Shown piece by piece: positions 46,546 through 56,655 of a stretch of 64,000 bases of DNA. The translations under genes were made by a program, and so were the position numbers. This DNA comes from Candidatus Thermofontivivens primus. GTDB taxonomy: Bacteria; Sysuimicrobiota; Sysuimicrobiia; Sysuimicrobiales; Thermofontiviventaceae. Numbering within the stretch: the stretch's first letter is position 1; the number at the start of each line of letters is the position of its first letter. The notes beneath the pieces are model-generated. The model made no database searches and was not told where the DNA came from. It was given only the letters and a program-made list of their open reading frames with translations. The DNA is taken from assembly GCA_031458695.1 (NCBI GenBank), contig JAVKJW010000007.1, positions 1 to 64,000 of the forward strand, given 5' to 3'.

Positions 46546-47358
46546 AACGCCAGCCTCGGGGTATCTTCTAGAGTAACCCAGAAGGGTCCGAAGGAACACA
46601 AGGTCGTTTCCGCGGTTACCCGTGCTGCGCGTATCCTCGTTGCGCTTGCAGAAAGCTCCTCTGCCCTCACCCTCTCGGATCTCACCAAGCGTGTCGGGAT
46701 CCCCAAAAGTACTGTGCTTCGCATCTGCCTCACCTTATGCAAATCTGGGCTCCTCGTCCGGCTCCATGATGGGAGGTTCCGGCTTGGGCCGCTGTGTCTA
46801 CGACTAGGGACCGCTTACCAGAATACGTTCCGGCTATCCGATCATGTGATTCCCGTCCTGCAGACCCTCGTCCAGAAGACTGGTGAGAGCGCCTCGTTCT
46901 TCATTCGCGAGGGAGACAAACGCATCTGCCTGTTCCGGGTCGACTCACCAAAGATGGTTCGGGTGTTCTCCCAGGTTGGCGACCATTTCCCCCTGGACCG
47001 GGGGGCCGCTGGAAAGGTCTTGCTCGCGTTCTCTAACGCACAAACCGCGGATTCGCCTAGTTTCCAAGAGATCCGGGAGTCCCTGTACGCAGTCTCCTAT
47101 GGAGAGCGCGACCCTGAGGTAGCGGCGGTAGCGTGCCCTGTGTTTGGCCGAGATCAGGTCCTTGTGGGCGCAATCAGCGTCGCAGGTCCGAAGGCAAGGT
47201 TTTCCCACGCAGAGATCCAAAGGGCCTCCAACCTCGTTCGGGCGGAGGCTGCTCGGCTCACGGCTGTGTTAGGGGGCGATCCCACGGTATTCGAGCGTGC
47301 AACGAAAAAACTGCGGGATTCAAGAACAACCTCACAAGGGGGTGAGCATAATGGCTAA
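46540..47358 (+). CDS. IclR family transcriptional regulator
   Basis: PKSTVLR HTH, FRLG, GAAGKVLLAF, AVACPVF; ATG 46510 overlaps the -10, so a later start was chosen. Confidence 0.9.
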   Translation: MWNASLGVSSRVTQKGPKEHKVVSAVTRAARILVALAESSSALTLSDLTKRVGIPKSTVLRICLTLCKSGLLVRLHDGRFRLGPLCLRLGTAYQNTFRLSDHVIPVLQTLVQKTGESASFFIREGDKRICLFRVDSPKMVRVFSQVGDHFPLDRGAAGKVLLAFSNAQTADSPSFQEIRESLYAVSYGERDPEVAAVACPVFGRDQVLVGAISVAGPKARFSHAEIQRASNLVRAEAARLTAVLGGDPTVFERATKKLRDSRTTSQGGEHNG

Positions 47359-48463
47359 TTGGGTTCGCATGAGTGTTGCAATCCTCGCCTTGGTGGCTCT
47401 TGTGCTGCCAGCGGGTGCGGCTCCAGCGACACCAGGACTTCCTGCATACTATCCTGCCGACTACAGCCGGATCATCGAAGCTTCCAAGGCCGAGGGCAAG
47501 CTGCTCATCTACTCGATCATGTCCGCCCGGAACTGGGCGCCGGTGCTTGCAGAGTTCAAGAAGCTCTATCCCTGGCTAGAGGTGGAAACACTCGACCTCG
47601 GTTCGTATGAGGTGTTTGAGCGGTACTACGCGGAGTCGGCAAGCGGTGCACGGACCGCAGACATGATGATCTCCATCGCCCCGGACGCTTGGCAAGAGTT
47701 TGTCCAGAAAGGACAGGCCGTTGCCTACGAATCCCCGGAATCCCGCTTCATCCCCACCTGGGCCAAGTTTGGGAAAGAAATCTACATGGTCTCTGCGGAC
47801 CCAATGGTGTTCATCTGGAACAAGCGCGCCCTGCGCCCCGAGCTGTGGCCAAAGGGAATGGCACAGCTTGCGGAACTCGTCCAGCAGAACCCACAAACCT
47901 TCCGCAACCGCCTGACCACATACGATGCGGAGCGTGTGGCAACGGGGTTCGCCATCAACTGGTTCTGGATCAAACGCCATGGTGAGCGGGGGTGGCGCAT
48001 TCTGGAGACGCTTGCGCGTGCGGGAGTGAGAGCCCAGAGCAGCGCAGGCCGCATGATCGATAGCGTGCTCGCTGGAGAGAGTGTGGTGGGCTATTTCGTT
48101 TCCACCATCTCTGTCTTCCCAAGGTTCCCCGCTGCCGAACCTGTGCTAGGGTGGGGGATGATCGAGGACGGCACTCCTGTGGCGAACCGCGGGATGGCCA
48201 TCACCCGCGCGGCGCGGAGCCCGAATGCCGCCCGTCTCATGCTGGATTTCATCCTTTCCCAGGCCGGCCAGATCGCGTTTGCGGAGGGGGGCCTGACGGC
48301 ATACCGTCCTGATGTGGCTGGAAAGGCCAAGTACCATTTGACCGATCTCGCCAAGGCCATCGGGGAGAAGAACCTGATCATCTTCTCCTATGACAAGGAC
48401 CTGATGGACAAGGCCAAGCGGGAGGCCTTCCTGGCCCGCTGGAAGAAGATCTACCAGCGCTAG
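47351..48463 (+). CDS. ABC substrate-binding protein (AfuA/Fe3+-type fold, ligand unknown)
   Basis: Signal peptide, EGKLLIYS, SPNAARLMLDFILS..GQ. Confidence 0.85.
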   Translation: MANWVRMSVAILALVALVLPAGAAPATPGLPAYYPADYSRIIEASKAEGKLLIYSIMSARNWAPVLAEFKKLYPWLEVETLDLGSYEVFERYYAESASGARTADMMISIAPDAWQEFVQKGQAVAYESPESRFIPTWAKFGKEIYMVSADPMVFIWNKRALRPELWPKGMAQLAELVQQNPQTFRNRLTTYDAERVATGFAINWFWIKRHGERGWRILETLARAGVRAQSSAGRMIDSVLAGESVVGYFVSTISVFPRFPAAEPVLGWGMIEDGTPVANRGMAITRAARSPNAARLMLDFILSQAGQIAFAEGGLTAYRPDVAGKAKYHLTDLAKAIGEKNLIIFSYDKDLMDKAKREAFLARWKKIYQR

Positions 48464-48466
48464 TAC

Positions 48467-50182
48467 ATGGAAGTTGCGGCGATCATCCACAGGGCTGAGC
48501 GAGCGGGAGTGGTGGACCGGCTCGTGCAGGGGCTCGTCGCCCTCGTAACCATCTTCCTCGTGGCGTTGCCCCTTGTGCCCATCCTCTACCAGAGCTTCCT
48601 CTCCAGTCCATTGTACGAGCCGAGCCGGGCCCTAACGCTCTCCAACTACATCCGGCTCCTAGAGAATCCGGAGTTCCGGAAGGTCCTCTCCAACACTCTG
48701 GTGTTCGCTATCGCTACAACTGCCCTTGGCGTGGTATTGGGCACCATCCTGGCTATCCTCATTATGCGCACAGACATGCCAGGACGGACTTACCTATCGG
48801 GGTTGGTCATCTCTCCTCTGTTCCTGAGCCCACTCGTCATCGCCTTTGCCTGGACGGTGATCTTTGGGCCGCAGGGATACCTGACCCAGCTCTTCCGAAG
48901 CCTCGCTGGTAGGGACCCGTGGAACCTGTACTCTCTTGGAGGGATGGCTATCCTGGGCGGGGTCTACTACGCGCCCTATACCTACCTCTATGCCTCGGGA
49001 AGCCTCGCGCTCTCGGATCCTTCGGTGGAAGATGCGGCACGTATCGCTGGTGCTGGACCCCTGCGGACGTTATGGCGGGTAACGCTCCCTCTCCTCCGGC
49101 CGGCACTCCTGTATAGTGGCCTGTTGACGTTCATCGCTGCCGCAGAGGTTCTCAGCATCCCCCTTGTCCTGGGGACGCCTGTAGGGATTGAGCTTTTCTC
49201 CTCCTTCCTCTATAAGCTTGGGATCGTAGGCGGAACGACAGAATACGGGATGATCGCCGCAGCTTCAGTGCTGGTGCTCGTTTTCCTGACACTCCTCATC
49301 GCGCTCCAGGAGCGGCTGCTCGGAGGGCGGCGTCGGTTCGTCACGGTGACAGGGCGGGCGACACGTGCGCGCCTCCTTTCGCTGGGTCGGATCCGGTGGG
49401 CTGCGGCCGCATGGTGCTGGCTTTACGTCTTCCTGGCGATCATCCTCCCGCTTGTCGGGATCGTCGCCCAGTCCTTCACGGCCTTCCTAAGCCCCTTCAT
49501 GAACCCTTTGGAGGTCATGACCCTGGATCATTACCGGTTGATCTTTGGCCATAGCGCCTACGCACGGTCCATCCTCAACAGCTTCCTCATCGCCTTCGCA
49601 GGAGGTGCTGTAGGGATCCTGTTCATGGCCCTTGTGACCCTTGTGGCGTTCCGTTCCGACTTCCCGCTTCGGAGACTTTTGATTTACGTTGCCCTTTACC
49701 CCCGGGCAATCCCTGGGATCATCGTGGGCATCGGGTTCCTGTGGACATTCCTCCTCCTCCCAGGGCTGGGGGCGTTGCGCAACACGATCCTTGGTCTCAC
49801 CCTTGCGTTCATCACACGATACATCCCCTATGGCTTCGGTGCGGTGAGCCCTGCGGTCTTCCGAGTTAGCGAGGAGATGGACCGAGCCGCTCGCGTTGTG
49901 GGTGCGAGCTGGATCACAACCATCCGCAAGGTCCTCCTGCCACTTCTCCGGGAGGCTCTCTTCGGAGGATACGCCCTCTTGTTCATCACGTTCCTGAAGG
50001 AGTACGCCTCAGCGGTCTTTCTCTTCGCCCGCGGGAGTGAAGTCATGGGGACAACCATGATCGAGCTGTGGCGCCAGGGAGACAGCGGCCCCGTGTCGGC
50101 CCTGGCTGTCGTGCAGGTTGTGCTCACGCTTCTCTGGCTTGGGATCGCCCGGGGGGTGCTTGGGGTGAAGGTCTATGGCTGA
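48467..50182 (+). CDS. ABC permease (FbpB-type, two domains)
   Basis: EDAARIAGA and DRAARVVGA EAA loops. Confidence 0.9.
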   Translation: MEVAAIIHRAERAGVVDRLVQGLVALVTIFLVALPLVPILYQSFLSSPLYEPSRALTLSNYIRLLENPEFRKVLSNTLVFAIATTALGVVLGTILAILIMRTDMPGRTYLSGLVISPLFLSPLVIAFAWTVIFGPQGYLTQLFRSLAGRDPWNLYSLGGMAILGGVYYAPYTYLYASGSLALSDPSVEDAARIAGAGPLRTLWRVTLPLLRPALLYSGLLTFIAAAEVLSIPLVLGTPVGIELFSSFLYKLGIVGGTTEYGMIAAASVLVLVFLTLLIALQERLLGGRRRFVTVTGRATRARLLSLGRIRWAAAAWCWLYVFLAIILPLVGIVAQSFTAFLSPFMNPLEVMTLDHYRLIFGHSAYARSILNSFLIAFAGGAVGILFMALVTLVAFRSDFPLRRLLIYVALYPRAIPGIIVGIGFLWTFLLLPGLGALRNTILGLTLAFITRYIPYGFGAVSPAVFRVSEEMDRAARVVGASWITTIRKVLLPLLREALFGGYALLFITFLKEYASAVFLFARGSEVMGTTMIELWRQGDSGPVSALAVVQVVLTLLWLGIARGVLGVKVYG

Positions 50183-51290
50183 GCTGGTGGTGGAGGGGCT
50201 TCGCAAGCGCTTCGATGGCGTCCTGGCTGTGGACGGGGTGAGCTTTACCGTCCGCGACGGGGAGATGGTGACTCTCTTAGGGCCATCAGGGTGCGGGAAA
50301 TCCACGACCCTCAATTGTATCGCCGGGTTGGAGGTTCCAGACGAAGGAGTCATCAAGTTTGGGGACCGCATCCTCACCGACACACGGCGGGGGATCTTCC
50401 TGCGTCCCGAGGCGCGCAACGTCGGCATGGTATTTCAGTCCTATGCGCTCTGGCCCCACATGACGGTGTTCGAAAACTTAGCCTTCGGGCTCCGCATGCG
50501 CAGGGTCCCCCAGGCGGAGATCCGGCGGCGCATCGAATGGATCCTGTCCTTGTTACAGCTTGAAGGCTTTGAGCATCGATACCCACACCAGCTGTCCGGT
50601 GGGCAACAGCAGCGCATTGCTCTTGCGAGGGCCCTCGTCTATGAACCGAGTATCCTGTTGCTCGATGAACCGTTGTCCAACTTGGATGCCAAGCTCCGGG
50701 AGCAGGCACGGTTCTGGTTGCGGGAGTTGCAGCAGCGGCTCCGCATCACAGCGATCTATGTGACCCACGACCAAGCAGAGGCCCTGGCGCTTTCAGACCG
50801 CGTGGTGGTGATGAACCGTGGTCGCATTATGGCCATCGGAACCCCACGGGAGATCTATGAGCTCCCTCCAAACCCCTTCGTGGCCGATTTTATCGGCTCC
50901 TGTAACTTCCTCCATGGTCATATCGAGACCATCGGGGAAGCGAACCGGATTACTGTGAAGTTGGAGAAGGGAATTCCGTTGCAGGCCTCCGCCCTGTACC
51001 GGTTTTCCCCTGGGCAGCCGGTGATCGTGGCAGTGCGGCCACAACGAATCCGCATCCATACTGATGGTCCTAAGGAGACGAACACCCTCCCCGGGAAGGT
51101 AGAGTCAGGCTTATACTTGGGAGCGTCGTTCCAGTATGTCCTCGAAACCCCCGTGGGAACGCTGCGTGTAGAAGCAACAGAGCCTGTGCAGGGGGAGGTC
51201 ACCCTCTACCTGCCGCCGGAGTGGTGCATTGTGCTTCCCGCATCGGATTCTGGAGACGAGGGAGGGAGCCCTGCGGATGCTGCCACTTGA
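50175..51290 (+). CDS. ABC ATP-binding protein with TOBE domain
   Basis: GPSGCGKST, LSGGQQQR, LLDEPLSNLD. Confidence 0.93.
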   Translation: MAELVVEGLRKRFDGVLAVDGVSFTVRDGEMVTLLGPSGCGKSTTLNCIAGLEVPDEGVIKFGDRILTDTRRGIFLRPEARNVGMVFQSYALWPHMTVFENLAFGLRMRRVPQAEIRRRIEWILSLLQLEGFEHRYPHQLSGGQQQRIALARALVYEPSILLLDEPLSNLDAKLREQARFWLRELQQRLRITAIYVTHDQAEALALSDRVVVMNRGRIMAIGTPREIYELPPNPFVADFIGSCNFLHGHIETIGEANRITVKLEKGIPLQASALYRFSPGQPVIVAVRPQRIRIHTDGPKETNTLPGKVESGLYLGASFQYVLETPVGTLRVEATEPVQGEVTLYLPPEWCIVLPASDSGDEGGSPADAAT

Positions 51291-52458
51291 GGATCTCCGT
51301 GTGCTGGATCTGTCCCGCCTTGTGGCAGGGAACATGCTGACCCTTGTCCTTGCGGATTTCGGCGCAGATGTGGTCAAAGTGGAGCAGCCCGGAGTCGGGG
51401 ACCCGCTACGAACCTGGAAGACGAACAACCTGGACCTGTGGTGGAAGGTCTATGCGCGGAACAAACGGAGCATCACACTGAACCTGGCGCACCCGCAAGG
51501 ACGCTCCCTCCTGTTGCAGATGGTCGACCACTTCGATGTGCTCGTGGAGAATTTCGTCCCTGGCACGCTCGAGCGATGGGGGATCGCCCCGGATGTCTTG
51601 CTCGCCCGGAATCCACGGCTCGTCGTGGTCCGGATCTCCGGATGGGGGCAGACAGGGCCATACCGGGAGAGGCCAGGGCTTGGAACGTTGATCGAGGCCA
51701 TGAGCGGGTTTGCGGCCATGACAGGATTTCCTGATCGACCGCCGACCCTGCCGCCATTTCCCCTCGCCGATATGGTTGCAGCTCTGTGGGGCGTTGCGGC
51801 AACGGTCATCGCCGTCTCCCATGCGCGGCGGTCGGGAAACGGGCAGGTCATCGACCTCGCCATTCTTGAACCGCTTTTTGCCATCCTGGGACCTGTCGCT
51901 GCCGAGTATCGGTTGGCAGGGAAAGTGCGGGAACGGATCGGCAACCGATCGTACAATGCCGCGCCCCGAAATACCTACAAGACCGCGGACGGCCAGTGGG
52001 TGGCCATCTCTGCATCCACTCCCCATACTGCCGCCCGCCTGTTCGAGGCCCTTGGGCTGTCTGAGCTTCTTTCTGACCCTCGGTTTGCGACAAACGAGGC
52101 CCGGGTCCAGCACGCAGAAGCGCTCGACGAGATCCTCGGGGAAGCGATCGGGAGGTATACGCTCCAGGAATTGATGGAACTGTTCACACGCCACGAAGTA
52201 ACTGCCGCACCGGTGTATAATGTTGCACAACTCCTCGCAGATCCGCACGTCCAAGCGCGTGCGCTGGTGATCGAGGTAGAGGACCCCCAGTTGGGAAGAA
52301 TTCCCATGCATCTCCCCCTCCCCCGTCTTACGGGCACACCGGGTGCAATCCGTTGGCCCGGCCCTCCCCTTGGGGCCCACAACGAGGAGTTCTATCGAGG
52401 GGAACTTGGACTTACGACTGCAGAACTAGAACGATTGAAGGCAGAAGGTGTGATTTAG
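51277..52458 (+). CDS. CoA transferase family III (CaiB/BaiF)
   Basis: RVLDLS, ADFGADVVKVE, RNKRS, ENFVPG, GQTGP, LAD. Confidence 0.93.
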   Translation: MLPLEDLRVLDLSRLVAGNMLTLVLADFGADVVKVEQPGVGDPLRTWKTNNLDLWWKVYARNKRSITLNLAHPQGRSLLLQMVDHFDVLVENFVPGTLERWGIAPDVLLARNPRLVVVRISGWGQTGPYRERPGLGTLIEAMSGFAAMTGFPDRPPTLPPFPLADMVAALWGVAATVIAVSHARRSGNGQVIDLAILEPLFAILGPVAAEYRLAGKVRERIGNRSYNAAPRNTYKTADGQWVAISASTPHTAARLFEALGLSELLSDPRFATNEARVQHAEALDEILGEAIGRYTLQELMELFTRHEVTAAPVYNVAQLLADPHVQARALVIEVEDPQLGRIPMHLPLPRLTGTPGAIRWPGPPLGAHNEEFYRGELGLTTAELERLKAEGVI

Positions 52459-52533
52459 GTAGCTCAGTGTTCAGAAGGAGACTGAGCAAAACTCCTGGGC
52501 CTCTTGCGAGGTGCCTGGAAGAGGAGGATGCCT

Positions 52534-53295
52534 ATGGAAGCGTGGAGGACGTCGATTTCTACCTATGATCGCGACCGCATCATCCTGCGGGGATACCGCG
52601 TGGAGGATCTCATGCATCGCGGGAACTTTGGGGATGTGGCATTCTTGCTTCTCCGCGGCCGCATGCCCTCCCCTGCCGAGTCCAGACTGTGGAATGCGAT
52701 CCTCATCGCCTCCTCAGACCATGGACCCACTCCCCCTTCCACCATGGCCGCGCGTGTCATCGCCAGCGGAAACCGGAAGGCGGTGGAGGCTGCTGTTGCA
52801 GGAGGCTTGCTCGCAATAGGGGATGCGCATGGCGGGGCGGGAGAGGAAGCGATGCGGATGTTGCAGGAAGGGATCGAGTTGATCTCTCGCGAGGGGATCT
52901 CTGTGGAGGAAGCTGGAAGACAGCTCGTGCAGCGATACCGGATGGAGGGCAAGAGGATCCCAGGTGTGGGACACAGGGTGCACGAGCGAGATCCGAGAAC
53001 CGTGGCCCTGTGGGCGATGGCCAAGGAGGAAGGAATTGCCGAACTTCCCATTGCCCTGATGCAAGCCATTGCCGATGCCCTCTCCATGCAGGTCGGTCGA
53101 ACGCTCCCGGTGAACGTGGACGGAGCGCTTGCGGCCGTCTTGCTGGGCCTGGAATTCCCTCCTGAAGTCGGGAAACTCGTGTTCATCCTCGGCCGGTGCG
53201 CAGGCATCGCGGCACATGTGGTGGAGGAACTGACGCGGGAGGCGCCTATGAGGATCCACGTGCCGTTCACTTACGATGGCCCACAACCGGAATAG
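52534..53295 (+). CDS. Citryl-CoA lyase-like protein (citrate synthase family)
   Basis: WRTSI, RGY, DHG, HGGA, PGVGHRVH..DPR, NVDG. Confidence 0.85.
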   Translation: MEAWRTSISTYDRDRIILRGYRVEDLMHRGNFGDVAFLLLRGRMPSPAESRLWNAILIASSDHGPTPPSTMAARVIASGNRKAVEAAVAGGLLAIGDAHGGAGEEAMRMLQEGIELISREGISVEEAGRQLVQRYRMEGKRIPGVGHRVHERDPRTVALWAMAKEEGIAELPIALMQAIADALSMQVGRTLPVNVDGALAAVLLGLEFPPEVGKLVFILGRCAGIAAHVVEELTREAPMRIHVPFTYDGPQPE

Positions 53296-53324
53296 GTTGC
53301 GAGCAAGCGCACAGGATTTCGAAG

Positions 53325-54701
53325 ATGCGTGACCCGTACCTCGAAGTGTTCGCAGCATATGCACGGAGCATCCAGTGGAAGGATCTCCCGCAGGAAACGG
53401 TCCATGAAGTGAAACGCCGTATCCTCGACTCCCTCGGAGTGGCACTGCTAGCTTTAGGAGCAGAGGCCGTTGCTGCAGCACGGAACCTTGCCTATGAAGT
53501 TGCTTCCCCACGAGGCGCGAGCATCTGGGGAACGCGAGTCAGGGCATCTCCAGACCTCGCTGCCTTTGTCAATGGGATCATGGTCCGCACGCTCGACTAC
53601 AACGATACTTACCTGTCTCGGGAGCCACTCCACCCAAGCGATATGATCGCCCCCCTGATGGCAGTCGCAGAATATCGGGACTGCCCGACCACGGAGCTGG
53701 TCACCGCAATCGCGGTGGCATACGAGATTGGTGTCTCCCTGTGCGATGCCGGGAGTCTACGCAAACACGGGTGGGACCATGTCAATTATCTGGGAGTTGC
53801 GACTGCCTCCGCAGCAGGGCGTCTTTTCGGCTTAGAACCGGAGGCCTTGGAGCATGCGATCTCCCTGACAGTTGTGCCGCACGCCGCCATGCGCCAGACG
53901 CGTTCGGGGGAGCTCTCCATGTGGAAGGGAGCTGCGGCTGCCAATGCCTGTCGCAACGCCATTTTCTCCTGTCTTTTAGCGGCAAAGGGGATGAGGGGCC
54001 CATTCCAACCATTTGTGGGGGAGATGGGGTTTATCCGCCAGCTCCTCAAGGGTGAGGAGTTCGATCAGGAGGCCTTCAGGTCTCTCCAGGAACGGCGGCC
54101 GCCGCGGAGGATCCTGGACACATCCCTAAAGTATTGGCCGGTAGAATACCATGCCCAGACTGCGGTAGACGCGGCTCTTCAGGTGCGCGGAGAGATTGAA
54201 GATCCGAGTCGTATCTCCCACATCGAGATCCATACTTTCAAGGCCGCCTATGAGATCATTGCCAAAGACCCCGAGAAATGGGCGCCTCAGACACGGGAGA
54301 CGGCGGATCATTCCCTGCCCTATACCGTGGTCGTTGCCCTTCTCGATGGGGAGCTCACATGGCGATCGTTCGACCCAGAGCGCTTCTCGGATCCTCTGAT
54401 CCGGAAGATGCTTGCAGAGCATACCACACTGTGGGAGGACCCTGCACTCACAGCGGCTTACCCGCAGGCGGTCCCTAACCGCATTGTCGTGCGGACCAGG
54501 GATGGGTCCGAGGTCGTACGGGAGGTATGGTATCCGCGCGGCCACGTGCGCAATCCCATGACCGACGAGGAGGTCGTGGAGAAGTTCCGGAAAAACGTCA
54601 GCGGGGTGCTCCCAACAGCCAAGGCTGAGCGACTTGTAGAGTGCGTGATGGGGATCGAGCGATCTTCGATCCATGAGATTGTGGACCTCATGGTGGTTTG
54701 A
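53325..54701 (+). CDS. MmgE/PrpD family protein (2-methylcitrate dehydratase-like)
   Basis: LDYNDT....HPSD, GWDHV, RQTR.GELSMWKG, KYWPVEYHAQ, ADHSLPY. Confidence 0.9.
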   Translation: MRDPYLEVFAAYARSIQWKDLPQETVHEVKRRILDSLGVALLALGAEAVAAARNLAYEVASPRGASIWGTRVRASPDLAAFVNGIMVRTLDYNDTYLSREPLHPSDMIAPLMAVAEYRDCPTTELVTAIAVAYEIGVSLCDAGSLRKHGWDHVNYLGVATASAAGRLFGLEPEALEHAISLTVVPHAAMRQTRSGELSMWKGAAAANACRNAIFSCLLAAKGMRGPFQPFVGEMGFIRQLLKGEEFDQEAFRSLQERRPPRRILDTSLKYWPVEYHAQTAVDAALQVRGEIEDPSRISHIEIHTFKAAYEIIAKDPEKWAPQTRETADHSLPYTVVVALLDGELTWRSFDPERFSDPLIRKMLAEHTTLWEDPALTAAYPQAVPNRIVVRTRDGSEVVREVWYPRGHVRNPMTDEEVVEKFRKNVSGVLPTAKAERLVECVMGIERSSIHEIVDLMVV

Positions 54702-54859
54702 GTGGAAGCTCACCCAGCAACGCCTCCGTCCGTCGGCACTCAACCGTACTCTCCTGTATTCCTGTCAAACCATCTTCTCGGTTCCAAGACCTTGTCTTGG
54801 GGTAGCAGCCCTGCTATACTGGTTGTAACGTTTGTATACTCTGTAAACAAAAGAGACAG

Positions 54860-55282
54860 GTGATCGGTGTGTCCCGGGTCGTCAGTATGCGGTTGAAGGA
54901 TGCGGAAGCGGAAAAGCTGAAGCGTCTCGCACAGCGCCTTCGGAGATCCGTTTCTGAGACGGCCTCTCTCCTTCTCTCAGAAAAGCTGCGTGAGGAAGAG
55001 TTTCCTCTCATCGAGTTCCGCGCCTCCGGCCTCGGGAGACAACCTTATATCAAGGGTACCGGCCTGGCGGTATGGGAGGTCGCCCTCGTAGCAAAGCAGC
55101 TGGGCATGGACGCGCGAAAGGTTGCGGAACATCTCGGCTGGCCGGAGGAGCGCGTCCAGGCCGCCCTCAGATATGCGGAGGTCTACCCGGACGAAGTCTG
55201 GCCGCTTGTGGAAGAGGCCGAATCCACAACTCTCCAGCAGCTCCGGCGGAAGCTTCCCTGGCTTGAAGAGGTTGCACCGTAG
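54860..55282 (+). CDS. RHH-DUF433 antitoxin-like protein
   Basis: VSMRL RHH N-terminus, GRQPYIKGTGLAVWEV, VQAALRYA. Confidence 0.8.
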   Translation: MIGVSRVVSMRLKDAEAEKLKRLAQRLRRSVSETASLLLSEKLREEEFPLIEFRASGLGRQPYIKGTGLAVWEVALVAKQLGMDARKVAEHLGWPEERVQAALRYAEVYPDEVWPLVEEAESTTLQQLRRKLPWLEEVAP

Positions 55283-55645
55283 GTGAGCTACCTCCTCGAC
55301 GAGCACTTCTCCCCTGCAGTGGCACATGGGTTGCGCGCGCGGGACATACAGGCAAGCACCTTGAGGGAATTTGCCGGAGGCCGATATGTGGCGGCGGACG
55401 ATGCCGAGATCCTGATCGCCGCTCGCGACGCTGGCCTGGTCTTTGTTACCTTCGACGTCCACACCATCCCCGAAGTCCTGCGGTCCTTTGCAGAAGCGGG
55501 GACAGAGCACGGTGGGGTGGTGCTCGTGAGTACCCGGTCGTTCAGACAGGACGACATCGGGGGATTGATTGCCAGCCTGGAGCGTCTGCACCACAAGCTC
55601 CAACGGGAAGGAAGCCGCAACCGCGTCCTCTACCTGGTGGGTTGA
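55283..55645 (+). CDS. DUF5615 PIN-like toxin
   Basis: YLLDEH, DDAEIL, FVTFD, HGG. Confidence 0.82.
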   Translation: MSYLLDEHFSPAVAHGLRARDIQASTLREFAGGRYVAADDAEILIAARDAGLVFVTFDVHTIPEVLRSFAEAGTEHGGVVLVSTRSFRQDDIGGLIASLERLHHKLQREGSRNRVLYLVG

Positions 55646-55881
55646 ACAGCAACCTCTCGGTCTCAGCGCAAGCGAGAGGCTCAGGCTCTCTGCCCACCTC
55701 TCCACAGTGTCCTCCGAAAAATCGGCGCGCCGTGGAACAGGCAGAGGAGACTGTAAGCGATCCGGCAACCGGTGTCGAGAAGGCTTGACAAACGTAGTCC
55801 CTCCACATCGATGCTTTCTGCCAATTGGATGGAGGTGCGCTAGGGGTCAACCGCCAAAGTCGCGTCTGAGCGATCTTCGAA

Positions 55882-56253
55882 TCATCGCAGCACTTCAATG
55901 CGTTGTGCCTCGATCTCGTTGTAGAACGTGTACTGCCCCACCCGCTTCATCTTGTCGAACCGGCCTACCACACGCACGCGCAGGCCATTCCGGAGGCCCT
56001 GGTGACGCCAAGCGAAAACTGCCACAGATGCTCCGCCCTCTTCCAGCCGGAAGGTCGTATAAGGGTTGCCACGAGCGGAGATGCGTTCGCGGTAGGCAGC
56101 AATGGTTCCCGTCACGCTGACGATCTGACCGTCGTATCGGTCGGGGTTCTGGACAATATCTCGGACAGTAACCGTTAGTTGGGCGAGAGCTGAGGGAAGC
56201 AGTAGGGTGACAAGGAGGAAGACAAGAAAAACTTTCACACGAAGGGGCTTCAT
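55882..56253 (-). CDS. Exported OB-fold protein
   Basis: Signal peptide, NPDRYDG..V.VTG, all-beta pattern ending EIEAQRI. Confidence 0.6.
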   Translation of the reverse strand: MKPLRVKVFLVFLLVTLLLPSALAQLTVTVRDIVQNPDRYDGQIVSVTGTIAAYRERISARGNPYTTFRLEEGGASVAVFAWRHQGLRNGLRVRVVGRFDKMKRVGQYTFYNEIEAQRIEVLR

Positions 56254-56609
56254 CTTCTCTCACCCCTTGGTCTTTTTTCGCTCTTCCGGTACAACCAGGG
56301 TGAAGCGTTCCCGGCTAGGTACTGCACCCGTATTCCTTGCCACAGGCTCATTATACGGCACCTCTCGTCGGATGCGAAGGGTACACATGCGGATTCCAGG
56401 TTCCTTCCGGTCCGAAGCAGCATAATCACAACGATTGGTTTCCCCTTCGGTGAGCACTACTTCCCCTCCGCCCCGTACGACCTTCGTATTCTTCGAAAAG
56501 GGGTGGTTTGCTTCGCGCAAACCAAGTTTCATAGCGTCCTTCGAGATTGTCGTATCTGTCACTACGTTCTACCCCCTGAGAGATGAAGGGGCAAGTCATC
56601 CAAGAGCTC

Positions 56610-56655
56610 TTGACAAGGCTAAGGTCTTGAGGTACCATATTCCACAAAATGGAAT
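56610..56655 (+). promoter_or_regulatory. Promoter TTGACA-N17-TACCAT and palindrome ATTCCA-N5-TGGAAT
   Basis: Palindrome 56639-56655 overlaps the IclR ATG. Confidence 0.65.

Noticed and set aside
56260..56562. 100-aa minus-strand ORF upstream of the OB-fold gene
   Set aside because: No recognisable family or RBS in any frame; left unannotated
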